Source: an uncultured Gammaproteobacteria bacterium (lineage in GTDB: Bacteria > Patescibacteriota > Patescibacteriia > Magasanikbacterales > GWA2-37-8). Taken from it: a DNA stretch of 49,079 nt. The translations under genes and the position numbers were made by a program. The stretch lies in NCBI GenBank assembly GCA_964536725.1, contig CAZHYJ010000004.1, positions 48,940-98,018 on the forward strand, in the 5' to 3' direction. This document shows positions 10,855 through 20,023 of the stretch, piece after piece. The first letter of the stretch is position 1. Each line of letters opens with the position of its first letter. The notes below the pieces were generated by a model. It searched no databases. It saw nothing but the letters and a program-made list of their open reading frames with translations, and had not been told where the DNA came from.

Positions 10855-11934
10855 ATGAAAATTGTTTTTTCCGGAGGAGGAACATTGGGTCCGGTGGTGC
10901 CGTTAATTGCGATTGCGGAAGCTTGTCGTATGCAAGATCCGAAAGTGCAACTGGTTTGGGTGGGTACAAAAAATGGTCCCGAACGGGAAGTCGTGGAACA
11001 ATATGATATTCCTTTTTTTACGATGACGGCTGGTAAATGGCGCCGGTATTTTTCTTGGTGGAATTTTTTTGATATTTTTAAGGTTATTACCGCGTTTTTT
11101 AAATCCATCGTTTTTATCTGGCAGGAACAACCCGATCTTTTGATTTCGGGCGGGGGATTTGTCAGTGTGCCACTACACTGGGCCGGTTGGATTTTGGGCG
11201 TACCAACTTGGATCCATCAACAAGATGTTGAGCCGGGGTTGGCCAATCGTTTGATGGCGAGCATTGCCAAAAAAATTACCACCGCTTTGCGTGAGGGTGT
11301 GGATAAATTTACTAATAAAAAAACCGAATGGCTGGGTAATCCATCACGTGATTTAACTGGTGCGGATTTGGTAGCGGCGCGAACTCGTTTTAATATTCCC
11401 GAGGGTAAGCCGGTGATTTTTGCTTTGGGTGGCGGTACTGGTTCCTCTCGTTTAAACGAATTAATTTTGGAGGCGTTGCCGGCTTGGCCACGTGATTGGC
11501 AAGTGATCCATTTGGTTGGCAAGGATCGGCCGAGCGAGCTGCAAGAGCGGGCAATGGGGGTTTTTCCTAATTATCATGTCTATAAATTTTTTACGACAGA
11601 GATGAAAGAGGCTTTTGCTTTGGCGGATGTGGTGGTGGCGCGAGCTGGTTTTGCTACGATTACGGAGCTGGCAGCTTTAAGCAAGGCGGCAATTTTATTG
11701 CCGATGGCTGGGACGCATCAAGAAAAAAATGTGAAAATGTTTACCGATAATAATGCGGTGGTGGCGCTAAACGAAACAGCTGACAATGGGTTAAAATTGG
11801 CACAGATTGTAAAGGATCTGATTAATCAACCAGAAGTCCGAACACGCTTGGGAAAAAGATTAAACGAAGTGCTTCCACGGGCAAAGCCAGAGAGGATTAT
11901 AGAGATAGTAGAGGAGTTGGTGAAAGATAAATAA
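10855..11934 (+). CDS. murG: Lipid II GlcNAc transferase MurG
   Basis: SGGGTLGP, HQQDVEPGLANR, GNP, GGGTGS, VVARAG, HQEKN. Confidence 0.85.
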   Translation: MKIVFSGGGTLGPVVPLIAIAEACRMQDPKVQLVWVGTKNGPEREVVEQYDIPFFTMTAGKWRRYFSWWNFFDIFKVITAFFKSIVFIWQEQPDLLISGGGFVSVPLHWAGWILGVPTWIHQQDVEPGLANRLMASIAKKITTALREGVDKFTNKKTEWLGNPSRDLTGADLVAARTRFNIPEGKPVIFALGGGTGSSRLNELILEALPAWPRDWQVIHLVGKDRPSELQERAMGVFPNYHVYKFFTTEMKEAFALADVVVARAGFATITELAALSKAAILLPMAGTHQEKNVKMFTDNNAVVALNETADNGLKLAQIVKDLINQPEVRTRLGKRLNEVLPRAKPERIIEIVEELVKDK

Positions 11935-11976
11935 TTTTTTATATTTATTTATGCGATATATTTTAAATAATATTTT

Positions 11977-12474
11977 ATGAAGAAAATACTTTTGGTTATC
12001 GGGGTAATTGTCTTAGCAGCAGTTGTTTTTTTAGTTTTAAAAATTACAGTCTGGGCACCAACGACTAAACTGGGCAATAATGAAGTGCGTTTGCGTAATA
12101 CCGAAGTGTTAACTCGTCAAGATACAGCAATAAAATTTTTAGGAAAAAAAATTGCTCGCGCCGGTCTTTCAGCTGATTCACCATCAATCACTTCCTGTCC
12201 TTTAGAGATAAATTATCGCGATAATCGTGAGACGATTGATTTTCAAGAAGCGCAAAATATGCAGGTGCACGGATTTGATATCACGATGAATAAATGTGAT
12301 GGTGAGGTTAACGATATTTCGTATGCGACTTTTTCTTTGGTAGACACGGTTGATTCGGCTTTGCGTGAACGGGGAAATTATTGTGAATTTAATATGGAGT
12401 GTGGTGCCTTAAAGTGTGCTGAAGGTTTATATCAGCTTTGCAAAACAAACGAATGTACCTGTGGTAATTTGTAG
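11977..12474 (+). CDS. Membrane-anchored Cys-rich hypothetical protein
   Basis: N-terminal hydrophobic helix; 8 Cys, six clustered at the C terminus. Confidence 0.6.
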   Translation: MKKILLVIGVIVLAAVVFLVLKITVWAPTTKLGNNEVRLRNTEVLTRQDTAIKFLGKKIARAGLSADSPSITSCPLEINYRDNRETIDFQEAQNMQVHGFDITMNKCDGEVNDISYATFSLVDTVDSALRERGNYCEFNMECGALKCAEGLYQLCKTNECTCGNL

Positions 12475-12489
12475 AAAGTAATTAGTGTT

Positions 12490-13170
12490 ATGGAGGAAAC
12501 TAAAAGGCGAATCAACAAGTATATACTTCTGTTTTTGTTAGGCGGTTTTTTGGGTTGGTGTATCGAGCTTGTTTACCGCTCTATTACTCTTAAACAAGTG
12601 GTTAATCCCGGCTTTTTAAGTGGCCCACATTTGCCGATTTATGGTTTTGGTTTAGTGTTACTAACAATTATTTTAAATAGCGGAAAGTTTCACTGGCTAA
12701 TAAATATTTTTTCTTTCGCGGTGGTGGCTACTATGATGGAATTGGTATCAGGGTGGTTTTTTGAGTATTTTTTTCATTTACGTCTTTGGGACTATTCAGA
12801 TGAGTGGGGGAATTGGCGCGGTTGGATCTGTCCGCGTTTCTTTTTGTATTGGCTGTTGTTCTCTGTATTTTATTATTTATTTTTTTACAAAATAGTTACA
12901 AAAAAAGTAAATCATACCCTAAAATCGCGCGTCAAATTGGGTCTTGCTTATACCTTAATTTTTATAATCTTTATTGACCTAACCCATTCCTTCTATAGCG
13001 CGGGATTGATCGGAAGTGGTTGGGCGGACAAATATAAAAAAACCTTTCCTGTTTTATCTAATTACAAGATCTTTAAACCAGATCACGCTACCAATTTTAT
13101 CAATTCTATTACCCAGTCTATCAAAAATTATAGTAACTATAATTTGCCAGATAAGATTTTTAAGAAATAA
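12490..13170 (+). CDS. Putative ABC transporter permease family (CmpB/TMEM229-like) membrane protein
   Basis: GFLGWCIE, NPGFLSGPHLPIYGFG, LWDYS, GWICPRF. Confidence 0.7.
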   Translation: MEETKRRINKYILLFLLGGFLGWCIELVYRSITLKQVVNPGFLSGPHLPIYGFGLVLLTIILNSGKFHWLINIFSFAVVATMMELVSGWFFEYFFHLRLWDYSDEWGNWRGWICPRFFLYWLLFSVFYYLFFYKIVTKKVNHTLKSRVKLGLAYTLIFIIFIDLTHSFYSAGLIGSGWADKYKKTFPVLSNYKIFKPDHATNFINSITQSIKNYSNYNLPDKIFKK

Positions 13171-13321
13171 CTCTTCGGGGGCAGTCGCTTTTTTTTACAC
13201 CTTCTTGGATTGATTGGCTTGGTTTTTGGTTATTAAAATAAAGGCAGCTTCAGTATTTACGGTTTTTTATTATTTGTGGTATAATGTCATCGTTAGAGAA
13301 ATTAATTTTTTTCCGAAACAA

Positions 13322-16300
13322 ATGGTGAAAAGTAAAGGAAAATTAGGTAAAAGCTTTATAAAAGTTGCCATTTTTGGTTTCGTCCTCTTTTTGTTTTTTC
13401 CTTTTAACGAAATTTTTTCTGCTACTTCAATCACAAAATTTTCCGATACATTTGCTGGCACCACAATCGACACAGTCAAATGGACAGAAATTGATACTGC
13501 TGTTGGTGGTAGTGGTGGTACAGCCGGAAATGTTCAGCAAAATGAAGTGGCCATGATTAAGAGTACTGGTGCTTGGGCGGCAAATGGATTGAAGAGTGTT
13601 GATTATTTTGATCGCTCGGCTTCGGATGTTAGTATAGAGACAGATGTAATAATTCCAGACTGTTCTGCTTATGAAGGTGTAATTGGCTATGGTGATTTTG
13701 CCTTTGGTACTAATCCAAGTAATGCATATTTAGTTTATAGTCACGGGCCGTTGTATTTTGCTTATTATAATAACGGTGTTAGAGCAAATCTTGCAACCGC
13801 TTCTTTTACCTGTACCAACAACGTGTCTTTTCACGTTAGGTTGGTTGTTTTGCAAGAAGGTGGCGCTGAATTATATATTAATAGTTCTTCTACACCAGCT
13901 GCTACTTTGGCGGTAGGCACTTTTACCAATAAGCAGGTTTTTTTATCAAGCCATAGTTCAGTTGATTTTGTCTCCTATGACAACTATACAGTGAATGCTT
14001 TTGCGCCAGATGCACCGACAAATTTGGCTGCCTCTCCGTCAGATTCAGCTGTTTTTTTGAGTTGGACCGCGCCAGCAGATAATGGCGGTTCAGCTATAAC
14101 CGATTATTTGGTTGAATACAAAGTGTCCACCGATAGTATATGGGGTGTTTTTGCAGACAGTGTTACAACTACTGCCTCAGCTAATGTTAGTAGTTTGACC
14201 AACAGTATTAGTTATGACTTTAGAGTGTCTGCCATAAGTGTTGTTGGGACTAGTACAGCATCAAGCGTAGTTTCTTCTACGCCGATTGTGGCTGTTCCTG
14301 GACAGCCATTAAGTTTATATGGTCTGCCAGGAAATGGACAGGTTTCTTTAAGCTGGGCTGCTCCTTTGTTAGATGGAGGATCGGCAATCACTGATTACAT
14401 AGTTAAATATACCACCAGTAGTGTTTGGTCAACTTTTTCTGATGGAACTTCGAGCTCTACAACTGCAGTGGTTACTGGTTTAACAAACAATACTACTTAT
14501 GGTTTTTCAATTACCGCAGTAAATAGTGTGGGAAATAGTGTTACTTCGAGCGTGGTTTATGTTACGCCCAGAATTTTACAACTTTCTGATATATTTTCTG
14601 GTGCTGTTATTGATACAGCTAAATGGACAGAAGTTGATACTGCCGTAGGAGGTAGTGGTGGATCTGCTGGTAAAGTACAGCAAAATAATGGTTTGATTGT
14701 TTTAGGTACTGATGCTTTTGGCACTAATGGAGTAAAAAGTACGTCTACCTATAGTAGAGAGAGAAATGATTTGATAATAGAATCGGATTTAAATACACAA
14801 GACTGTACTGCTTATTCTGGTGGTGTTGGTTTTGGTGATTTGAATATCGGAGCAAATCCAGGTGACGCCTATATCGCTTACAGTCATGATGGAGCAGTGT
14901 TTGCTTATTATCACAATGGTGTGCGTTTGGGCGTGGCCACTTCTACATTTTCTTGCACCAATAATACTCCCTTTCATTTTAAGATAGTGGTTTTGCAAGC
15001 AGGTGGAGCAGAGCTTTATATAGATGGCACCTCAACGCCCAATATTGTTTTGTCTGGTGGCTCGTTTACTGAAGGACAAGTTTTTTTAGAGAGCCACAGC
15101 TCTTCTCAGTCAGTTACTTACAACAATTTTTCACTTAGTGCATCCGTGCCTGGTGCACCCACAAATTTAGTTGCTGGAGCGGGGGATAGCCAAGTCTCCT
15201 TGACATGGGATGCTCCGACAGATAACGGTGGTACAGCTATTACTGATTATACTATTGAGTATAAACAAAATTCGACTGCTTCTTGGTCTAGTTTTGTTGA
15301 TGGAGTGTCTGCGACTGCTTCTACTATTGTTACTGGTCTATCTAATGGGATTAATTATAATTTTAGAGTTTCGGCAATAAATGCGATTGGCATCAGTACT
15401 TCTACCAGTATTGTTACCGCTATGCCGATTACCGCAGTGGCTTCGGCGCCATCTGTTTCAGGAGTTAGTATTACTGGCACGTCAACTTTAACTGGTGTTT
15501 ATGCCTTTGTTGATACAAATGGTGATAGTGAAGGTAGTTCAGTAATGCGTTGGCTAAAGTCAGATACCGCGAGTGGAACATATTTAGAAATTAATGGGGC
15601 AAATAGTTTAACCTATACACCAACTGCTGGTGATATAAATAGTTATATTAAATTTGAAATTACTCCAGTTGCAACAGTGGCCCCAACTACCGGCACAACA
15701 GTAACAAGTTCTGCTACTAGCAGAATTAATGTATCAAATGATTATATTAGTTTAATACTTTCTACTGGGCAAAGTCTTTCTCTTGGATCGTTGGGAACCC
15801 CCGCACTTTCAACATCCCAATCTTATGGCAACTTAATGTTGGACGGTAGTTCGCTTGTACCATTAATAGAAAGCAGTGTGGAGTCGATTAGTAGTGCTAT
15901 GGCAAATGGTATATCGGCTGATACTATTGGTGATTATTATCGTACTGTAGTAGCCAAACATGGGACGGCTGGTGCAGCTTATGTAAGTTTAAAAAAGGGG
16001 ACAGCAGCCTACCAAAACGGCATGACTCAAGCTGCCACCACTAAAACAGCTGTGGAAGCTTTAGGAAAAACTTTGCGCGTTATCGGTGTAACTGTTATTC
16101 ACGGTGAGTCTGATTTTCTTGCTGGTAATTCTGACAGCTACGAAAGCTATCTGGAAGAATGGCAAAGTGATTACGAAACCGATGTAAAAGCGATTACTGG
16201 CCAAAGTGGTACGATTCCTTTGTTTACTGACCAAATGAGTTCTCATACTGGCTACAGCACCGCTACTTCAAGCTTGCCGATTGCTCAATTAGCAGCTTCG

Positions 16301-18475
16301 GAAAGCAATCCAGGTAAAATAATTTTAGTTACACCTAAGTATTTTTTTGATTATGCTGATCATGCACATTTGGTAAATACCAGTTACCGACTTTTGGGTG
16401 AATATTATGGTAAAGTAATGCAAAAAGTTGTTGTTGAGGGAGAAACTTGGAAGCCATTAAGCCCAGAAGATGTTGTTAGAAATGGAAATATTATTTATGC
16501 CACTTTTAATGTTCCGGAGGCGCCTATTACATTTGATACTTCAACTATTTTAGAAGCAACTAATTATGGTTTTGAATATTTTGATAATTCTTCCTCTGCA
16601 TCCATAAGCAGTGTTGAAATTTATGATACGGATACTGTTAAAATTACTTTAAATACTACTCCTACCGGTAGTGGACAGAAATTACGTTATGCTTATACGG
16701 GCACCGCTGGAGCTACTCCAGGTGGACAAGTGGCTGGATCTATTAAGGGTAATCTGCGTGATAGTGATCCAACCATATCTCTTTCGGGAAATTATCTATA
16801 TAACTGGTCGGTTCAGTTTGATGAGGCAATAACCGAAGATTCAGCTGGGCCAACTCTTGCAGAAGTTAATGCTATTACTACTCCAACTTCTAGTACTGTG
16901 CCGAGTTATACTTTTTCGTCAACTGAAGCTGGTACGATTGCTTATGGCGGTGGTTGTTCAAGTAGTGTTACTTCTGCTGTTGCTGGTTCAAACACAATTA
17001 GTTTTTTAACTCTAGCCAACGGCACTTATAACAGTTGTACTATTACTGTTACAGATAACTATGGTAATACCAGTTCGCCGTTGGCAGTTAGTTCTTTTGT
17101 TGTTGATAACGTTGCTCCAAGTGTCCCTGCCTTTTCTACCATTACTCCAGCTATTTCGTCGGTTGTTTTTGTTTGGGATAGTGTCTCTGGAGCTTCTTCG
17201 TACGCTGTTTCTTCTACAGCTGTTTCGGTTTCTTCTACTAGCAATACTAATATGACTTTATCTGGTTTTACTCCGAATAGCTTGTATTATTTCCAAATTA
17301 AATCTATCGACGCCGCTGGTAATTCTAGTAATTATTCAACTGTTACTTCCACATATACTTTGGCTTCCGTGCCTTCTTCTGTTTCTGGTGTTGCCAATTC
17401 TCAAACAGCAATTACTATTTCTTATTCTGGTGACGCTACTGATTATTATGTGGAAAATACCACCAAAGGAACAAATTCCGGTTGGACAACCGCTACTTCT
17501 TACCAGTCAACAGGTTTGGTTTGTGGCACTTCATATATTTTTAGAGTGAAGGGGAGAAATAGTGTTGGTGTAGAAACTTCTTATGCCGATTCGATAACGG
17601 TTAATACTACTGCTTGCGGTGGCGGAGGTATAGTTATTTTTAATCCACCAGTTATTAATTCTGCAACTACAGTCAGTATTACCCCAACAATTACTGGAGG
17701 TACTGTAGCCTTTAATTTTAATGTTTCCAATGTTGCATACGTTGCTATTTCTGATAATGTGAATTTTGTTAACTCCTCTTGGGAGACATATTATGCAACA
17801 AATAAAATTTACAAATTATCTTCCTTGTTGAAGGCGGGCGAAACAAAAAAACTTTACATCAAATTTCGTGCCGCTGATGGTTCGGAAACAAAAGTGCAAA
17901 CAGTTACTTTGTCTGGCGCTGAAGGAATTGCGGGCACTACAAATGATATCAGTGCCGCAGTTTATTTATTTAATCGCAATCTTGCTCCGGGAGTTACTAA
18001 TAATGATGTAAAATTGCTTCAAAAATATTTAAATACTCATGGTTTTGTTGTTGCTTCTAGAGGAGCAGGTTCTCCTGGCAGAGAGACTGCTTTCTTTGGT
18101 GCTGCCACCAAAACTGCTTTAATTAAATTCCAAAAAGCAAAAGGTTTAAAACAAACTGGAATTTTAGATTTAACAACGCGCAATAAAATTAACAGTGTCT
18201 TAACCGCTCCTGCTTCAACAGTTAGTCAACCGCAAACACCACTAAGTAGTTATGTTTTTAAATCATTTTTAACGGTTGGCTCGAACGGTGAAGAGGTGAG
18301 GCAGTTGCAACTACGTTTACAAGAATTAGGTTATATGGATAAGAGTATTAAAGTTGTGCCTCATTTTGGTGTTGCTACCAAAGCGGCTGTTATTAAATTA
18401 CAAAAAGACAACAAACTTATTCCGGTTGCTGGTTATGTTGGTCCAGGAACGAGGAAAATATTAAACAAACGGTAA
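13322..18475 (+). CDS. Large surface protein: duplicated beta-sandwich/lectin-like module, Fn3 repeats, SGNH (SASA-like) esterase, C-terminal peptidoglycan-binding domains
   Basis: Signal peptide; repeated KWTE(I/V)DTAVGGSGG module; WxAPxDxGGxAITDY Fn3 repeats; GQS, HGESD and DHAH motifs; two VKLLQKYL/VRQLQLRL PG-binding-like repeats. Start set to ATG 13322, downstream of TGGTATAAT. Confidence 0.75.
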   Translation: MVKSKGKLGKSFIKVAIFGFVLFLFFPFNEIFSATSITKFSDTFAGTTIDTVKWTEIDTAVGGSGGTAGNVQQNEVAMIKSTGAWAANGLKSVDYFDRSASDVSIETDVIIPDCSAYEGVIGYGDFAFGTNPSNAYLVYSHGPLYFAYYNNGVRANLATASFTCTNNVSFHVRLVVLQEGGAELYINSSSTPAATLAVGTFTNKQVFLSSHSSVDFVSYDNYTVNAFAPDAPTNLAASPSDSAVFLSWTAPADNGGSAITDYLVEYKVSTDSIWGVFADSVTTTASANVSSLTNSISYDFRVSAISVVGTSTASSVVSSTPIVAVPGQPLSLYGLPGNGQVSLSWAAPLLDGGSAITDYIVKYTTSSVWSTFSDGTSSSTTAVVTGLTNNTTYGFSITAVNSVGNSVTSSVVYVTPRILQLSDIFSGAVIDTAKWTEVDTAVGGSGGSAGKVQQNNGLIVLGTDAFGTNGVKSTSTYSRERNDLIIESDLNTQDCTAYSGGVGFGDLNIGANPGDAYIAYSHDGAVFAYYHNGVRLGVATSTFSCTNNTPFHFKIVVLQAGGAELYIDGTSTPNIVLSGGSFTEGQVFLESHSSSQSVTYNNFSLSASVPGAPTNLVAGAGDSQVSLTWDAPTDNGGTAITDYTIEYKQNSTASWSSFVDGVSATASTIVTGLSNGINYNFRVSAINAIGISTSTSIVTAMPITAVASAPSVSGVSITGTSTLTGVYAFVDTNGDSEGSSVMRWLKSDTASGTYLEINGANSLTYTPTAGDINSYIKFEITPVATVAPTTGTTVTSSATSRINVSNDYISLILSTGQSLSLGSLGTPALSTSQSYGNLMLDGSSLVPLIESSVESISSAMANGISADTIGDYYRTVVAKHGTAGAAYVSLKKGTAAYQNGMTQAATTKTAVEALGKTLRVIGVTVIHGESDFLAGNSDSYESYLEEWQSDYETDVKAITGQSGTIPLFTDQMSSHTGYSTATSSLPIAQLAASESNPGKIILVTPKYFFDYADHAHLVNTSYRLLGEYYGKVMQKVVVEGETWKPLSPEDVVRNGNIIYATFNVPEAPITFDTSTILEATNYGFEYFDNSSSASISSVEIYDTDTVKITLNTTPTGSGQKLRYAYTGTAGATPGGQVAGSIKGNLRDSDPTISLSGNYLYNWSVQFDEAITEDSAGPTLAEVNAITTPTSSTVPSYTFSSTEAGTIAYGGGCSSSVTSAVAGSNTISFLTLANGTYNSCTITVTDNYGNTSSPLAVSSFVVDNVAPSVPAFSTITPAISSVVFVWDSVSGASSYAVSSTAVSVSSTSNTNMTLSGFTPNSLYYFQIKSIDAAGNSSNYSTVTSTYTLASVPSSVSGVANSQTAITISYSGDATDYYVENTTKGTNSGWTTATSYQSTGLVCGTSYIFRVKGRNSVGVETSYADSITVNTTACGGGGIVIFNPPVINSATTVSITPTITGGTVAFNFNVSNVAYVAISDNVNFVNSSWETYYATNKIYKLSSLLKAGETKKLYIKFRAADGSETKVQTVTLSGAEGIAGTTNDISAAVYLFNRNLAPGVTNNDVKLLQKYLNTHGFVVASRGAGSPGRETAFFGAATKTALIKFQKAKGLKQTGILDLTTRNKINSVLTAPASTVSQPQTPLSSYVFKSFLTVGSNGEEVRQLQLRLQELGYMDKSIKVVPHFGVATKAAVIKLQKDNKLIPVAGYVGPGTRKILNKR

Positions 18476-18506
18476 TATTCTCTCTAATTTTCAATAATCA
18501 AACTTT

Positions 18507-18538
18507 AAAAAACAACCTCTGTCTGAGGTTGTTTTTTT
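18507..18538. terminator. Bidirectional intrinsic terminator
   Basis: AAAAAACAACCTC-tgtct-GAGGTTGTTTTTTT between convergent genes. Confidence 0.8.
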
Positions 18539-18541
18539 CTG

Positions 18542-19426
18542 CTATTTTTTTACCTCCATCGAAGCCATCAGCTGCTGCATTAATTCAGATGTTTTTTGAA
18601 TGTTTGTATCCATGAAGATAACTTTGCTGTTTTGGCTAATTCCGATAGACTTTAGAGTGTCTAAATATTGAGTAAGATTGAGAATGGCGAGAATTTCACT
18701 AGATGATTGATTGGTGGTTTTTTGTACAGTCTCGATAGATTTGCGCAAACCCTCAGCAATCGCTTCGCGTTCTAAAGCAATGCCTTCACCCTGTAATCTC
18801 TTTCTTTCTTTTTCTCCTTCCGCTTCTTTGACTGCCTGTATTTTTGCCGCTTCACCCTTGTTTTCCGCTGCTTTGCGTAATTGTTGGGAGGCAACCACCT
18901 CTGACATTGCATCGGTGATAGTTAGGGGGAAATTAACGTTGGTGATTTGAAAACTTTTGATTATCATTCCCCATTCGTTAAATTGTTTTTCCAAATCAGT
19001 TTGGATGTGTAGTGCTAGTTCTTCTTTTTTCTCCAAGATTCCCTCGTGGGTTTCTTTGGCGATATAAGTGCGTAGAGAATTTTCGATGGTGGCTTCCATA
19101 GACTGTCTAGCGTTCAAAAGTGCATAGGTAAATCTTTGGACACCTTCGCCAGCTGGGTCAACTTCGAAAATTAAGTTAGTAGCAACGTCGACAATTACTT
19201 TATCGGCAGAAGGGTATTTCCCGCTAATAACAAAGTTTTGTTGACGCATTGATACTGTGTTAGCAATTCTTTCTAACAGTGGCACTTTTAGGTTTAATCC
19301 AGTGGTCATGGTGCGTCGGTATTTGCCTAAAAATTCAACTACCAACACGGTGTTTTGTTTGACGATTTTGATGTTGGCCAAAATTATTATGACCGCGATG
19401 ACGGCCAAGACGTATAGAGTAGGCAT
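18542..19426 (-). CDS. SPFH/band 7 domain protein
   Basis: N-terminal TM, VVEFLGKY, GLNLKVP, coiled coil AENKGEAAKIQAVKEAEGEKERKRLQGEG. Confidence 0.85.
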   Translation of the reverse strand: MPTLYVLAVIAVIIILANIKIVKQNTVLVVEFLGKYRRTMTTGLNLKVPLLERIANTVSMRQQNFVISGKYPSADKVIVDVATNLIFEVDPAGEGVQRFTYALLNARQSMEATIENSLRTYIAKETHEGILEKKEELALHIQTDLEKQFNEWGMIIKSFQITNVNFPLTITDAMSEVVASQQLRKAAENKGEAAKIQAVKEAEGEKERKRLQGEGIALEREAIAEGLRKSIETVQKTTNQSSSEILAILNLTQYLDTLKSIGISQNSKVIFMDTNIQKTSELMQQLMASMEVKK

Positions 19427-19513
19427 ATTTTATTGATTAAATTAACAGGTTAAAATGTTGTCTAACCATTGTTATCGTATCAACTTTAATTAGGTTTGGC
19501 AAGAATGAATGCT

Positions 19514-19585
19514 AAAACAAAAACCAGTTCTCTCTTCTGGTATTAAAACTTAATATCAAAAGGGAACGGAACTGGTTGTTTGTTT
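19514..19585 (-). terminator. Long compound hairpin C downstream of the GC-rich ORFan
   Basis: AAAACAAAAACCAGTTC pairs with GAACTGGTTGTTTGTTTT; inner TATTAA/TTAATA stem. Confidence 0.55.
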
Positions 19586-19618
19586 TTTGCGCTGAATCGC
19601 GCTGGTGGGGAGTTGGTG

Positions 19619-19879
19619 TTAACCACCGAGCTGAAAATCGATCGCGGCGTTGAACACAGTCGCGAAGGCATCGTGGGCCTCATCCCATCCGTTGGCGCCC
19701 TCCTCGACGAATGGCACTTGGGTCTTCTGCTCGGCCCACGGGAGCCAGTTGGTGCGACCACCGAAAGGCAGCCCTGTCCGCACCTTGATGGTGCCGTCAC
19801 GCTGCCAAATGGCCTCGCACCGGACATTGGCCGCTCCACATTCAATGTGGTGGCCATCCTCGTTGGTTCTGATCCCCAT
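19619..19879 (-). CDS. GC-rich ORFan, 86 aa
   Basis: GGAGGAATAGAT-ATG strong SD; sharp GC rise (one 60-nt line counted at 65%) between AT-rich flanks. Confidence 0.55.
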   Translation of the reverse strand: MGIRTNEDGHHIECGAANVRCEAIWQRDGTIKVRTGLPFGGRTNWLPWAEQKTQVPFVEEGANGWDEAHDAFATVFNAAIDFQLGG

Positions 19880-20023
19880 ATCTATTCCTCCAAAGTTGCC
19901 CAAAGGCAAGTTAAATATAGACTAACAAACCATAGAGGGAGAGTCAATATTTGATTTGTTTAATATTATTGATTTATATTAAAAAATAAGGTAATATTTT
20001 GATAGAAATTAATTAACACTTTT

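Noticed and set aside
19460-19624. Integron attC reading of the hairpins after the GC-rich genes
   Set aside because: GGTTAAC at the stop is not RYYYAAC; the nearest GTTAGAC is about 165 bp away and off-centre; hairpins A and B lack the core boxes; no integrase is present
19543-19954. Alternative ORFs over the GC-rich insert (19580-19954 +, 19650-19925 +, 19543-19857 -)
   Set aside because: High GC suppresses stop codons; only the 19879 start has a strong SD and fits the insert boundaries
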